Shown here piece by piece: positions 28,101-37,634 of a stretch of DNA of 62,276 nt; within the stretch, counting starts at the first letter, position 1; every line of letters starts with the position of its first letter. Source of the stretch: Actinomycetes bacterium (GTDB taxonomy: Bacteria; Actinomycetota; Acidimicrobiia; IMCC26256; PALSA-610); contig JANNHK010000018.1 in NCBI GenBank assembly GCA_031404355.1, forward strand, positions 1-62,276. The letters are read 5' to 3'. The notes under the pieces are model-generated. The model was not told the origin of the DNA and made no database searches. It saw only the letters and a program-made list of their open reading frames with translations. Made by a program: the position numbers and the translations under genes.

Positions 28101-29795
28101 ATGTCCGACTTCGCGGGACTCCGCATCGCGCTCAGTTCGCTGTACGCGCAACGACGCGGCCTCGAACTCGCGGGCCACAACGTCGCGAACGCCAATACCG
28201 AGGGGTACTCGCGCCAGCGGGTCGATCTTGTCAACGTCGGCGCGCCGCTGACTCCGGCGTTCTGGTCGCGTTGGGAAGGCGACGGTGCGGGCGTTCAGGT
28301 CTCGGACGTCGTGCGCTACCGCGACCAGTTCCTCGAGATCCGGGCCTCGCTCGAACACGGCGCCAACGCCCACCTCACCGTGTCGCGCACCGTGCTCGAC
28401 CGCCTCGAGCAGCTCTTCGCGGAGCCCGGTGACCTCGGGCTCGGCAGTCAGTTCGGCGAATTCTGGGCCGGATGGGACGACGTCGCCAACAACCCGAACT
28501 CCCCGGCGGCGCGCATCCAGCTCATGGAGCGCGGCGCCACCCTTGTCGCCGGGTTCAACGACGCGGCCGCCTCGATCACCCGAATGCGGGTCGACACGAT
28601 CAGCGAGCTCGACTCCGTCGTCGCCGAGGTCAACGCGACCGCCGAGACCGTGGCCGAGCTCAACCAGGCGATCAAGACCGCCGAGGTCGCCGGGATCAAC
28701 GCCAACGACCTCATGGACCGGCGCGACCTGCTCGTCAACAAGCTCGCGGACCTGATCGGCGCGACCGTCCGCACCGGTGAGTTCGGTCAGGTCAACCTGT
28801 ACGTCGGCGGCACCCCGCTCGTCTTGGAAAATCGGTTCGAGAGCCTCTACCTCGACACGAGCGCACCCTCTGCGGTGATCCGCTGGACGAAGGACAACTT
28901 CCCCGCGTCGGTGAGCTCGGGAACTGCCGGCGGCATGCTCGAGGCGATCAACACCACACTCTCCGGATATCTGGCCGACCTCGACGCCGTGGCGCTCGAA
29001 CTGCGCACCGAGGTCAACGCGCTGCACTCGACCCTCACCGGCTCGATCGCCGTCACGGCGCGCGACCAGAGCGCGGCGGGCGTGCTCCAGTTCGACCTCT
29101 CCCTCAACGGCGCCGCCTTCGCGCCCGTCGCCGTCGCCGGCGCCGACTGGTCGGGTGGCGGCGGTGCCGCCGCGCTGCAGGCCTCCATGCAGGCCGCGAT
29201 CGACGCTGCCATCGGTGCCGGGAACGCGACCGTCGTAGTGAGCGGCATCGCGGGCCAGCCCTTGGCCGTGTCGGTGACACCCACAGGCACCAACGCCATC
29301 CGCATTCAGGCCACCGGCGCGAACGCCGGCTTCTCGACGCTGCTCGGGACCACTGCCGTGGGAACCGACGGCATCGGCGGCCGCCGGTTCTTCGAAGGAT
29401 CGACCGCGGCGACGCTCGTCGTGTCGGCCGACATTGCCGGCACCCCGAACGCCATCGGCGCCGGGGTGTCGTCCGGGGGCCCCCTCGACGGCAGCCGCGC
29501 CCTCGCCCTCGCCGAACTGGCGACGTCGTCCACCGGTCCCGACGCGCTCTACCGGTCGTTCATCGTCGCCCTCGGCGTCGACTCGCAGACCACACAACGT
29601 CGCCAAGACATGCAAGAGATCGCAACGGAGCGCGTCGACGAGGCCCGCGACTCGGTCTCGGGCGTGAACATCGACGAAGAGATGGTGAACATGGTGCAGT
29701 TCCAGCACGCGTACGACGCGGCGGCGCGTTTCATGAGCACGATCGACGAGATGCTCGACACACTGATCAACCGGACCGGCGTGGTCGGCCGGTGA
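28101..29795 (+). CDS. flgK: Flagellar hook-associated protein 1 FlgK
   Basis: The start was moved to the ATG at 28101, 'MSDFAGLRIALSSLYAQRRGLELAGHNVANANTEGYSRQ'. The C-terminus is 'VNIDEEMVNMVQFQHAYDAAARF'. Confidence 0.9.
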   Translation: MSDFAGLRIALSSLYAQRRGLELAGHNVANANTEGYSRQRVDLVNVGAPLTPAFWSRWEGDGAGVQVSDVVRYRDQFLEIRASLEHGANAHLTVSRTVLDRLEQLFAEPGDLGLGSQFGEFWAGWDDVANNPNSPAARIQLMERGATLVAGFNDAAASITRMRVDTISELDSVVAEVNATAETVAELNQAIKTAEVAGINANDLMDRRDLLVNKLADLIGATVRTGEFGQVNLYVGGTPLVLENRFESLYLDTSAPSAVIRWTKDNFPASVSSGTAGGMLEAINTTLSGYLADLDAVALELRTEVNALHSTLTGSIAVTARDQSAAGVLQFDLSLNGAAFAPVAVAGADWSGGGGAAALQASMQAAIDAAIGAGNATVVVSGIAGQPLAVSVTPTGTNAIRIQATGANAGFSTLLGTTAVGTDGIGGRRFFEGSTAATLVVSADIAGTPNAIGAGVSSGGPLDGSRALALAELATSSTGPDALYRSFIVALGVDSQTTQRRQDMQEIATERVDEARDSVSGVNIDEEMVNMVQFQHAYDAAARFMSTIDEMLDTLINRTGVVGR

Positions 29796-29810
29796 ATGGG
29801 GTGATGGACC

Positions 29811-30701
29811 GTGCCGTCTGCTGACTTCCGCATCGCGCACGGGTCGCTGGCGCGACGTTCGCTCGAGAACTTGCGGAGCAACCTCGCGCGCCTCGCGAGC
29901 GCCCAGGACGAAGTGTCCTCGATGAAGAAGCTGCGCCGCCCCTCGGACTCGCCGGTGGACACGGTGTCGGCGATGCGGCTGCGCAGCGACCTGGGCCGCA
30001 ACGACCAGATCTCGCGCAACCTCGACGATGCCATGGGCTGGCTCGGTGTTGCCGACAACGCCATGACCACCGCCATCGAACAGCTCAACCGCGTGCGGGA
30101 CCTCACCATCCAGGCGCGCAATGCATCCAATGACGCGGTCGCCCGCGAAGCGATCGCGACCGAGATCGACCAGATCCGGGAAACGGTCCTCGGTCTGGCC
30201 AACACCCAGTACAACGGCCGGGCGATCTTCGCGGGGACGGCCTCGACGACGGCCGCCTACGACGCCAACGCGTCGTACATCGGCTTCTCGGCCGCGATCG
30301 AGCGGACGATTGCACCGGGAGTTCGGGTTCAGGTGAACGTCAACGGTGACGAGGTATTCGGTGCGGGCCCGACCCACATGTTCGTGTACCTGAACCAGCT
30401 CGCCGGGGCCATCCGCACCGATCCTTCCCAACTCGACACGCTTGCTCCCGACCTCGACACCCGAGTCCAGACGATGCAGGGCCACCTCGCCGAAGTCGGT
30501 GTTCGGTTCAGCCGCATCGAGACGATGAAAGACCGGAACAGCTCGGATGCGCTCACGATGAAGCAGAACCTGTCGAACGTAGAAGACGCCGATATGGCGC
30601 AGGCGATCATGGAGCTCCAGATGCAGGAGGTTTCCTACCAGGCGGCGCTGCAGGCCACGGCGCGCGCGATCCAACCGTCCCTCGTGGACTTCCTCCGGTA
30701 G
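29811..30701 (+). CDS. flgL: Flagellar hook-associated protein 3 FlgL
   Basis: Flagellin-like N-terminus 'SSMKKLRRPSDSPVDTVSAMRLRSDL' and C-terminus 'DADMAQAIMELQMQEVSYQAALQATARAIQPSLVDFL'. Confidence 0.85.
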   Translation: MPSADFRIAHGSLARRSLENLRSNLARLASAQDEVSSMKKLRRPSDSPVDTVSAMRLRSDLGRNDQISRNLDDAMGWLGVADNAMTTAIEQLNRVRDLTIQARNASNDAVAREAIATEIDQIRETVLGLANTQYNGRAIFAGTASTTAAYDANASYIGFSAAIERTIAPGVRVQVNVNGDEVFGAGPTHMFVYLNQLAGAIRTDPSQLDTLAPDLDTRVQTMQGHLAEVGVRFSRIETMKDRNSSDALTMKQNLSNVEDADMAQAIMELQMQEVSYQAALQATARAIQPSLVDFLR

Positions 30702-30707
30702 GTACCC

Positions 30708-31133
30708 ATGATTGAAGCCGACCTCTTGGGCAGCGCAGCCACCGAGTGCGTGGAAGTCACGTTCGCGGCCGGCCTGCCCGGATTTCCCGACGCGCACCAG
30801 TTCCAGCTCACGCCCTGGGGCCCGGCCGAGACGCCGTTCATGCTCTTGACCGCGGTCGACGACCACGACGTGGGTTTCGTGGTGGTCCCGCCGTGGGTCT
30901 TCTACCCCGAATACGAGTTCGACCTCGACGCCGGCTCGATCGAGCGGCTCGCGTTGCGAGAGGCCACGGACGCGCTCGTCCTGTGCGTCGTCACGTTGAA
31001 GGACCGGCCCGAGGACGCGACGATGAACCTGCTCGGCCCGATCGTGATCAACCGCCACACCCTCGAAGCGGCGCAGGTGGTCTTGCCCGCCTCCGGGTAC
31101 AGCGTGACGGCTCCGCTCGCCATCGCGAGCTGA
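30708..31133 (+). CDS. fliW: Flagellar assembly factor FliW
   Basis: 'VTFAAGLPGFPDAHQFQL...PFMLLTAVDD...VVVPPWVFYPEYEFDL...TMNLLGPIVIN'. Confidence 0.9.
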   Translation: MIEADLLGSAATECVEVTFAAGLPGFPDAHQFQLTPWGPAETPFMLLTAVDDHDVGFVVVPPWVFYPEYEFDLDAGSIERLALREATDALVLCVVTLKDRPEDATMNLLGPIVINRHTLEAAQVVLPASGYSVTAPLAIAS

Positions 31134-31249
31134 GCCCCCTCCCACCGTTCCTCCCGTATTACGGCGTGCGGTCCCCGGCGCGGGATTGTGACCGCGCGTA
31201 TGCTGGGTCGTGCGCCCCACACGGCGGGCCGCCACGGAGGGAGGACCCC

Positions 31250-31498
31250 GTGCTCGTGCTCACCCGACGAGCGAACCAGAGCATCATGATCGGTCACGAG
31301 ATCGTCGTGACCGTTCTCGAGGTTCGTGGCGACCAGGTCCGGCTGGGAATCAAAGCCCCCCGCTCGATCGACGTGCATCGCGAAGAGATCTTCGCCCAGC
31401 TCCAGCAGGCGAACCGCGACGCCGTCAAGCCCTCCCCGGCCGCGCTCGAGTTGCTCTCTGAGCTGAAGACCCCCGCCTCCGAGGACGACCGCCGCTAA
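31250..31498 (+). CDS. csrA: Carbon storage regulator CsrA (flagellin translational repressor type)
   Basis: GTG at 31250 after GGAGGGAGGA. 'VLVLTRRANQSIMIGHEIVVTVLEVRGDQVRLGIKAPRSIDVHREEI'. Confidence 0.9.
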   Translation: MLVLTRRANQSIMIGHEIVVTVLEVRGDQVRLGIKAPRSIDVHREEIFAQLQQANRDAVKPSPAALELLSELKTPASEDDRR

Positions 31499-31509
31499 CC
31501 GAGGCGCCG

Positions 31510-32646
31510 CTAACCGAGCGCGGCCGGCAGGTCGGCGACAGCCAGTCCGAGCGCTTCGGCCACGGCCGCGTTCGGAACCTTGCCCGCGACGGTGTTCACG
31601 CCCGCAGCCAGCGCCGGGTCGGCCTCGACGGCCTCGCGTACGCCCCGGCTCGCGAGTTCGAGTGCGTACGGCAGGGTGGCGTTCGTGAGCGCGTAGGTCG
31701 ACGTGTTGGGTACCGCGCTCGGCACGTTGCCGACCGCGTACAACAGGACCCCGTGTTCCTCGTACACGGGCGCCGAGTGGGTCGTCTCCCGGATGGCCTC
31801 GACCGTGCCGCCCTGGTCGATGGCACAGTCGACGACGACTGCGCCCTGCTTCATGGTGGCGATCATGTCCTGGGTGACGAGCACCGGCGCCCGCCCACCG
31901 GGGAGGAGTACCGCTCCGATCACGAGGTCGGCGTCGGCGACGGCGCGGGCGACGGCGCCGCGGTTGCTCGCCAGCGTCATGATGCGACCTTTGTGGATCT
32001 GGTCGACCCAGCGCAGCCGATCGAGGTTCTTGTCGAGCAACAGGACCTCGGCCTCCATGCCCTGCGCGATCCACGCCGCGTTCCACCCGACATTGCCCGC
32101 GCCGAGCACCACGACACGCGCGGGGCGCACGCCGGGCGCGCCGCCGAGGAGTACCCCGCGGCCGCCCTGCGCCCGCTCGAGGAAGTGCGCGCCGATCTGC
32201 GACGCCATGCGCCCCGCGACCTCGCTCATCGGCGCGAGCAGGGGAAGCTGACCGTTCGCCAGTTGCACCGTCTCGTACGCGATCCCGGTCGTGCCCGCAT
32301 CGAGGAGGGCGCGGGCGACGTCGGGGTAGGCGGCGAGGTGCAGGTAGGTGAACAGCACGAGGTCGTCGCGGAGGAACCGGAACTCGTCGGCTTGGGGCTC
32401 TTTCACCTTCATGACGATGCCGGCCCGGGCCCACACGTCCTCGGCGCGCGCGACGATCTCGGCACCCGCGGCGCGGTAGTCGTCGTCGCCGATCCCCGAG
32501 TCGGCGCCGGCGTCGTGTTCGATCATCACGTCGACGCCGCGGTGGTTCATTTCCGCGACACCGTCGGGCGTGATCGCGACCCGGTGCTCCTCGGTCTTGG
32601 TCTCGCGCGGGACGCCGACGTTCAGCGTCTTGGCTGTGACAGTCAT
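31510..32646 (-). CDS. ald: Alanine dehydrogenase
   Basis: The start was moved to the ATG at 32646. 'VGVPRETKTEEHRVAITP', 'VVVLGAGNVGWNAA', 'VDCAIDQGG'. Confidence 0.9.
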   Translation of the reverse strand: MTVTAKTLNVGVPRETKTEEHRVAITPDGVAEMNHRGVDVMIEHDAGADSGIGDDDYRAAGAEIVARAEDVWARAGIVMKVKEPQADEFRFLRDDLVLFTYLHLAAYPDVARALLDAGTTGIAYETVQLANGQLPLLAPMSEVAGRMASQIGAHFLERAQGGRGVLLGGAPGVRPARVVVLGAGNVGWNAAWIAQGMEAEVLLLDKNLDRLRWVDQIHKGRIMTLASNRGAVARAVADADLVIGAVLLPGGRAPVLVTQDMIATMKQGAVVVDCAIDQGGTVEAIRETTHSAPVYEEHGVLLYAVGNVPSAVPNTSTYALTNATLPYALELASRGVREAVEADPALAAGVNTVAGKVPNAAVAEALGLAVADLPAALG

Positions 32647-32650
32647 AAAA

Positions 32651-33535
32651 TCAGTCCCTCCCCAGTTGCGGCACGACCTCGCGCATGAACCGTTCGACGG
32701 TCTCGGGTGCGCCGAAATCGGAGAACTGGAGCACGAAGCCCTCGACGCCGCGTTCGACCTCGGCCGCGAGCGCGTCGGCGACCTCGTTGGCCGTGCCCGC
32801 GACGACACCGCCCCACGACCCGAAGCGCCGTTCGACGGTCGCCACGACTTCGTCGCGTTCCGCGGCGAACGCCGCGAGTCCGATCGGGTGCTGCACCGAC
32901 ACCCGGGCGGTGCCCGCGAGTGGTCGCAGTTCGTCGATGCGGTGGAGCGCGTAGCCCGGACAGTTCCACCAGTCGGCGTACTGCGCGACGATCGGCATGG
33001 TGAGTTGCGTTCCGCCGCCACCGATGTGCACCGGGATGCGCGCCTGCGTCGGTGTCGGCCGGCCGGTTGCCGCCCGCAGTTGCGTGTACTCGCCGTCGTA
33101 GTCGAACGGTTCGCCCGCGAACATCAACTCGAGGATGTCGAGGGTCTCGCGCAACTTTGCCGCGCGCACGCGGCTGGGTTCGGGTCCGAACCCGTACGTC
33201 GCGAGTTCGTCGGGCACCGAGCCCCACCCGATTCCGAGGTCGAGGCGGCCGTTCGACACGACGTCGAGTGTTGCCGCCATCTTCGCGAGCAGCGCGGGAT
33301 GGCGGAACGGGTCGCACAACACGAGGTGCCCGATTCGCACCCGTTCGGTGCGCGCCGCGAGCGCGCTCGCGATCGTCCACCCTTCGAACGTGTCGATCTC
33401 GGGTGCCATGGGTGCCGAGAGGTGGTCCATGAGCCACACCGAATCGAACCCGGCCGCTTCGGCGGCGAGGGTGCGTTCGAGGATGCGATCCCACGGCATG
33501 CGGATCTGGGGCAGGTAAAGGCCGAACCAGGGCAC
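32651..33535 (-). CDS. Luciferase-like monooxygenase family oxidoreductase (possibly F420-dependent)
   Basis: 'AAEAAGFDSVWLMDHL', 'ATLDVVSNGRLDLGIGWG'. Confidence 0.75.
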   Translation of the reverse strand: MPWFGLYLPQIRMPWDRILERTLAAEAAGFDSVWLMDHLSAPMAPEIDTFEGWTIASALAARTERVRIGHLVLCDPFRHPALLAKMAATLDVVSNGRLDLGIGWGSVPDELATYGFGPEPSRVRAAKLRETLDILELMFAGEPFDYDGEYTQLRAATGRPTPTQARIPVHIGGGGTQLTMPIVAQYADWWNCPGYALHRIDELRPLAGTARVSVQHPIGLAAFAAERDEVVATVERRFGSWGGVVAGTANEVADALAAEVERGVEGFVLQFSDFGAPETVERFMREVVPQLGRD

Positions 33536-33561
33536 GACTGCGACGGTAGTTTGCGCAACTC

Positions 33562-34218
33562 ATGCGAGCCGTGGTCTTCGACTTCGACGGGGTCATTCTC
33601 GATACCGAAGGTCCACTGTTCGCGGCCTGGAGCGAGGCCTACGTCGCGCACGGTTGCGAACCGATGACCGTCGAGGAGTGGTCGGTCGAGATCGGGACCG
33701 TAGGCCAACTCGACGCGCTTTCGGTCCTGCGGCAGCGCTCGACGCTCGCCGTCGATGTCGACGCGGTCGAAGCCCGCCGCCGGTCTCGGCGCGACGAGTT
33801 GCTCGCACTCGAACCCGTGCAACCCGGAGTGATCGCGTGGATCGAGGCCGCGCACGCGGCGGGAATGCCACTCGCGATCGCATCGAGCAGCGACGAACCG
33901 TGGGTGACGACCCACCTCGACCGCATCGGCCTGCGCGAGCACTTTTCCCATCTCGCGTGCTACCGGGCGGGTGGGCGCGCCAAGCCCGCGCCCGACCTCT
34001 ACCTCGAAGCGTGCGCCGCGATCGGTGTCGCGCCGCGTGACGCGCTCGCGATCGAGGACTCCCCGAACGGTATCGCCGCCGCGAAAGCCGCCGGCCTTGC
34101 GTGCATCGCGGTTCCGCACGCGATCACGGTGCAGCTCGACCTGTCCGCGGCCGACCTGATCGTGCCGTCACTGGCCGACGTCACACTCGCCGACGCGCTG
34201 GCGCGGCTACCGCGCTAA
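33562..34218 (+). CDS. HAD-IA family hydrolase (beta-phosphoglucomutase-like)
   Basis: 'VVFDFDGVILDTE', 'LAIASSS', 'AIEDSPNGIAAAKAAG'. Confidence 0.8.
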   Translation: MRAVVFDFDGVILDTEGPLFAAWSEAYVAHGCEPMTVEEWSVEIGTVGQLDALSVLRQRSTLAVDVDAVEARRRSRRDELLALEPVQPGVIAWIEAAHAAGMPLAIASSSDEPWVTTHLDRIGLREHFSHLACYRAGGRAKPAPDLYLEACAAIGVAPRDALAIEDSPNGIAAAKAAGLACIAVPHAITVQLDLSAADLIVPSLADVTLADALARLPR

Positions 34219-35210
34219 CAGCGACCGTTCCACGGCTGGTTGCCCTGCCACTCGTAGAGCACCCACGCGAGTTCGTCCTGGTCGAACGCCTGCGCGCGTG
34301 AAGGCAGCACACCGACGAGGTCGATACGCCCGGCCCGACTCGCGGTGACGTTCCACGTCGTCGGGGCGAACTGATACGCGCCGTAGTACCCCGACGGGTT
34401 GACGGCCGCGTAGTTCCCGCCGCTCTCGCGGTCGCGTGTGCACACGAGGAAGGGTTCGTCGTGGCGGGGGTGGGTGCCCCGCGGTTCGGACACCGCGGGT
34501 GTGACCGCGGGCGGGACCGTGGTCGGCGCGGCTGTTGCCGCGGGCGCGGCCGCGGCCGGTGGTGCGGCCCGCGTCGGTCGGGAGCGGGCGGCTTGGCGGT
34601 TGGCTTCGACCGCGCGCGCCGCGGCCTCGTTGGCGGCCTGCGTCTCGAGTTCGGCAAGTCGGGCGTCGAGGTCGTCCTCTTGCGCGGCGAGCTCGCCGGT
34701 CAGCTGAGCCTGCGCGTCCTGCTGGTCGGCGAGGGCCTCGCGGTTAGCGTCGAGGTCGGAGGCCGCGGTGTTCAGGGCTTCGATGGCGCGTTGGGCTTCG
34801 TCGTCGGCCCGGTCGAGCAGCTCCGCGGCGCGGGCGCTGTCCAGCGCGTCCTCGCTGTCGAAGACCGGCGCCAGCGGGCTCGGTGATCCCGTGTACAACT
34901 CGACGGCCTGGGCGGACGCGATGGCGCCGAGGTGTTCGGCTTCGGCGCGTGCATCGGCGACGTGCTGTTCGAGGGTGGCGATCTCCGCGTCGATGCGACC
35001 CGCTTCCGCTTGGCTGTCGAACCAGGCTTGCGCGACGTCCGCGATCTCGGCGCGAGTTCGCTCGATCTGTTCTTCGGTTGTGGCGGCGCGTGCGGGGACA
35101 GCAAGTGCACCTATCGCGACTCCGCACGCGACCGCGGCAGCGCAAAGGCGGAACCGGGGCACATGGCGACCATAACGAAGAGATCGCGAACCGTCGAAAG
35201 CAAGGCTCAC
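34215..35210 (-). CDS. Secreted coiled-coil protein with a C-terminal transglycosylase-like (Rpf/SLT-like) domain
   Basis: Signal-like 'RLCAAAVACGVAIGALAVPARA' (alternative GTG start at 35162), a long Ala/Glu-rich coiled coil, then 'RESGGNYAAVNPSGYYGAYQFAPTTW'. Confidence 0.7.
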   Translation of the reverse strand: MSLAFDGSRSLRYGRHVPRFRLCAAAVACGVAIGALAVPARAATTEEQIERTRAEIADVAQAWFDSQAEAGRIDAEIATLEQHVADARAEAEHLGAIASAQAVELYTGSPSPLAPVFDSEDALDSARAAELLDRADDEAQRAIEALNTAASDLDANREALADQQDAQAQLTGELAAQEDDLDARLAELETQAANEAAARAVEANRQAARSRPTRAAPPAAAAPAATAAPTTVPPAVTPAVSEPRGTHPRHDEPFLVCTRDRESGGNYAAVNPSGYYGAYQFAPTTWNVTASRAGRIDLVGVLPSRAQAFDQDELAWVLYEWQGNQPWNGRC

Positions 35211-35251
35211 GTTTCGTCACATCGACGTCACCATGCGCGAAAAACCCCTGG

Positions 35252-35986
35252 TCACGTAATAAGCGCGCCACCTTCTACCGGAACCGTTTGTCCAGTGACA
35301 TAACGGGCGTCATCGGAACACAAGAACGCGACGACGTCGGCGAGATCTTCGGGTTGCGCGTAGCGACCGATCGGGATACGCGTGCGCGCCCGTTCCTGCG
35401 CGTCGGGTGACGCGAACACACCGTTCGTCATCGGTGTGTCGACACCGCCGGGACATACGCAGTTCGCGCGCACGCCGTTCGGCCCGTACTGCACTGCGAG
35501 CAAACGCGTCAACGCGTCGACACCGCCTTTGCTCGCGGTGTAGCCCGCGCCGAATCCGTGGCCGCGCAACGCCGCCGTCGAAGCGATGGTCACGATCGCG
35601 CCGCCACCGTCGACGAGCTGCGGCAGCGAATGCTTGATCATCGAGAACGTGCCGACGAGGTTCACCGAGAGCACGTGCACGAAGTCTTCGACGCTCACGA
35701 GGTGCGCGGGTTGCAGATCGGGACCGTGGAAGATGCCGGCTGCTGTGACGACGCCCGAGATGCGGCCGAGGTCGGTCGCCACTGCACTCGCCACGGCCGC
35801 GACCGCGGCGTCGTCGGCGACGTCGCATCCGTACGCCCGGCTCGTTCCCCCGGCCAAGCGCACGGTTTCTTCGGCGTTGGGGCCGTGGAGATCGACGACC
35901 GCGACCGCCTTGCCGTCACGGACGAGTCGAATCGCCGTCGCGCGCCCGATCCCACTCCCGGCCCCTGTCACCACAGTCACGGTCAT
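35252..35986 (-). CDS. SDR-family oxidoreductase
   Basis: The start was moved to the ATG at 35986. 'VVTGAGSGIGRA', 'YTASKGGVDALTR'. Confidence 0.85.
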   Translation of the reverse strand: MTVTVVTGAGSGIGRATAIRLVRDGKAVAVVDLHGPNAEETVRLAGGTSRAYGCDVADDAAVAAVASAVATDLGRISGVVTAAGIFHGPDLQPAHLVSVEDFVHVLSVNLVGTFSMIKHSLPQLVDGGGAIVTIASTAALRGHGFGAGYTASKGGVDALTRLLAVQYGPNGVRANCVCPGGVDTPMTNGVFASPDAQERARTRIPIGRYAQPEDLADVVAFLCSDDARYVTGQTVPVEGGALIT

Positions 35987-36010
35987 GAAAGAGAAGTTAC
36001 GCTCACCGGC

Positions 36011-36793
36011 ATGACGAGTGTCGAGGAGACGCGTGCGATGCACGGCGTCGACGGCCGGGTGATCGTCGTCACCGGCGCGGGCAAGGGCATCGGCAAGGGC
36101 ATCGCGCACCACCTCGGCAAAGGTGGCGCGCGCATCGTTGTCGCCGAATGGAAACCCGAGCTCATGCAAGAGACCGTGCGCGAACTCGACGCGTTGGGCG
36201 TCGACAACCTCGGTGTCGTGTGCGACATCCAGCAACGCGAACAGATCGACGCGATGGTCGCGCAGACCGTCGCGCGGTTTGGTCGCGTCGACTGCATTGT
36301 GAACAACGCGCAGACCTTCCGCCCGATGGCGTCGGTTGCCGAAGTCAGCGAGCACGACGTCGACGTCTTCTACGGTTCGGGTGTGAAGGGGACACTGTGG
36401 GCGATGCAAGCGGTGTACCCGCACATGCGTGCACAAGGTTGGGGTCGCATCGTCAACTTCGCGTCGTCGATGGGCATCACGGGTGGCCGCGGATTCGCCG
36501 CGTACAACGCGTCGAAGGAAGCGATCCGCGCGCTGACACGCACGGCTGCGCGCGAATGGGGTGCCGACGGCATCGCGGTGAACGCGATCGCACCCGCGGC
36601 CGCGACGCATCACGGCGACGCGGGAAAGCAGAGCGAGGGCTACCGCATCTTCATCGAGAACTGCCCGATGAAACGCCAGGGCGACCCCGAACTCGACATC
36701 GGCTCGGTCGCGTGGTTCCTCTGCAGCGACGCGAGCCGTTACATCACCGGCCACACCCTCATGGCGGATGGTGGTGCATTCATGTGGGCCTAA
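36011..36793 (+). CDS. SDR-family oxidoreductase
   Basis: The start was moved to the ATG at 36011. 'VVTGAGKGIGKG', 'YNASKEAIRALTR'. Confidence 0.85.
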   Translation: MTSVEETRAMHGVDGRVIVVTGAGKGIGKGIAHHLGKGGARIVVAEWKPELMQETVRELDALGVDNLGVVCDIQQREQIDAMVAQTVARFGRVDCIVNNAQTFRPMASVAEVSEHDVDVFYGSGVKGTLWAMQAVYPHMRAQGWGRIVNFASSMGITGGRGFAAYNASKEAIRALTRTAAREWGADGIAVNAIAPAAATHHGDAGKQSEGYRIFIENCPMKRQGDPELDIGSVAWFLCSDASRYITGHTLMADGGAFMWA

Positions 36794-36906
36794 GGACCGT
36801 TGTGTCCATGGCTCCCTCGCGACCCGCGTGTGCGCCTGCGGCGTGGAGGGCGGGCCACTGCGTCCGCACGGTCATGGCGGATGGTGGTGCATTCATGTGG
36901 GCCTGA
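36759..36906 (+). repeat. 35-bp direct duplication of the SDR gene 3' end (36759-36793 and 36872-36906, 1 mismatch) bracketing an inverted MIRU-like unit
   Basis: tcatggcggatggtggtgcattcatgtgggcctaa versus ...cctga. The period is 113 bp. Confidence 0.8.
36807..36875 (-). repeat. MIRU-like repeat unit (69 nt), inverted relative to the flanking genes
   Basis: Minus strand: ATGACCGTGCGGACGCAG-N15-GCCGCAGGC-N15-GAGGGAGCCATG. Confidence 0.6.
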
Positions 36907-37634
36907 CAGGTTCGGGGGACTGGCCGTCGGATCAGTGGCCGCGGCCGTCGAACGCGCCCGGGTTCGGCGCGTCCCCGCCACCACCCGGTGGCACCGCGCC
37001 GCCCGGCTACCCGCCGCCCGGCGGGTGGGCGCCGCCCGCGCCGGCGCCGGGGCAGCACTACGGACCGCCGCGCACGAACCCGCTCGCGATCGTCTCGCTC
37101 GTCGCCGGTCTCGCAAACTTCGCCTTCTGCGGCGTCGGCGCCGTCGCTGCCGTGATCACCGGCCACATCGCCCGGCGCCAGATCAAGCGCTCGAACGGCA
37201 CCGAGGGCGGCAAGGGTCTCGCCACGGCCGGGCTCGTCCTCGGGTACATCGGGATCGGCTTGGCCGCGGCGCTCCTCGTCTTCATCGTCGTTGTCGCGGC
37301 CAACGCCGACGACTGGGAGCGCAACGAACTCCGCGACGAAGCCCGCGAGTACGTGCGGTTGGCGGAACTCAACGCGTCGGCATCCGGTGAGGGCGCGCTG
37401 CACGACCCCGACCTGCTCGCCGTCGCGTACTACGACTGGTCCGAAGACAACTTCAGCGGCGACGAGATGCGCCTCGCGACCGGGCGGTTCATACCCGGCG
37501 CCACCCGAGGTGACTGGGAGGCCGCCGGCTGGCGCATCGAGCTCGGCGGTGACGCAGGCGTTCACGTGTGTGCGACCGTTCCCGACCGAGCCGGCGAGGA
37601 CGTGTTCATCACCGACGGTCGGTGCAACTCGTGA
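36897..37634 (+). CDS. DUF4190-type membrane protein with a Pro/Gly-rich N-terminus (start uncertain)
   Basis: 'PPPPGGTAPPGYPPPGGWAPP' followed by 'LAIVSLVAGLANFAFCGVGAVAAVITGHIARRQIK...LVLGYIGIGLAAALLVFIVV'. The GTG at 36897 is the first start after the repeat. Confidence 0.6.
   Translation: MGLTGSGDWPSDQWPRPSNAPGFGASPPPPGGTAPPGYPPPGGWAPPAPAPGQHYGPPRTNPLAIVSLVAGLANFAFCGVGAVAAVITGHIARRQIKRSNGTEGGKGLATAGLVLGYIGIGLAAALLVFIVVVAANADDWERNELRDEAREYVRLAELNASASGEGALHDPDLLAVAYYDWSEDNFSGDEMRLATGRFIPGATRGDWEAAGWRIELGGDAGVHVCATVPDRAGEDVFITDGRCNS

Noticed and set aside
28032-31235. 1,067-aa minus-strand ORF across flgK-flgL-fliW.
   Set aside because: It is antisense to three well-supported flagellar genes and has a low-complexity Arg/Gly/Val composition.
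30746-31498. 250-aa ORF overlapping fliW and csrA. Similar N-terminally over-extended ORFs are 22910-24325, 31510-33021, 35252-36754, 37609-38997, 44001-45230, 45348-46481, 49945-51030, 57248-58600 and 59175-60905.
   Set aside because: Family-typical N-termini, SD sequences and stop/start overlaps place the real starts well inside these ORFs. The extensions overlap neighbouring genes.
31489-31517. 14-bp direct duplication (gccgctaaccgag twice) spanning the convergent stops of csrA and ald.
   Set aside because: It is a short local slippage product with no structure or motif that I can interpret.
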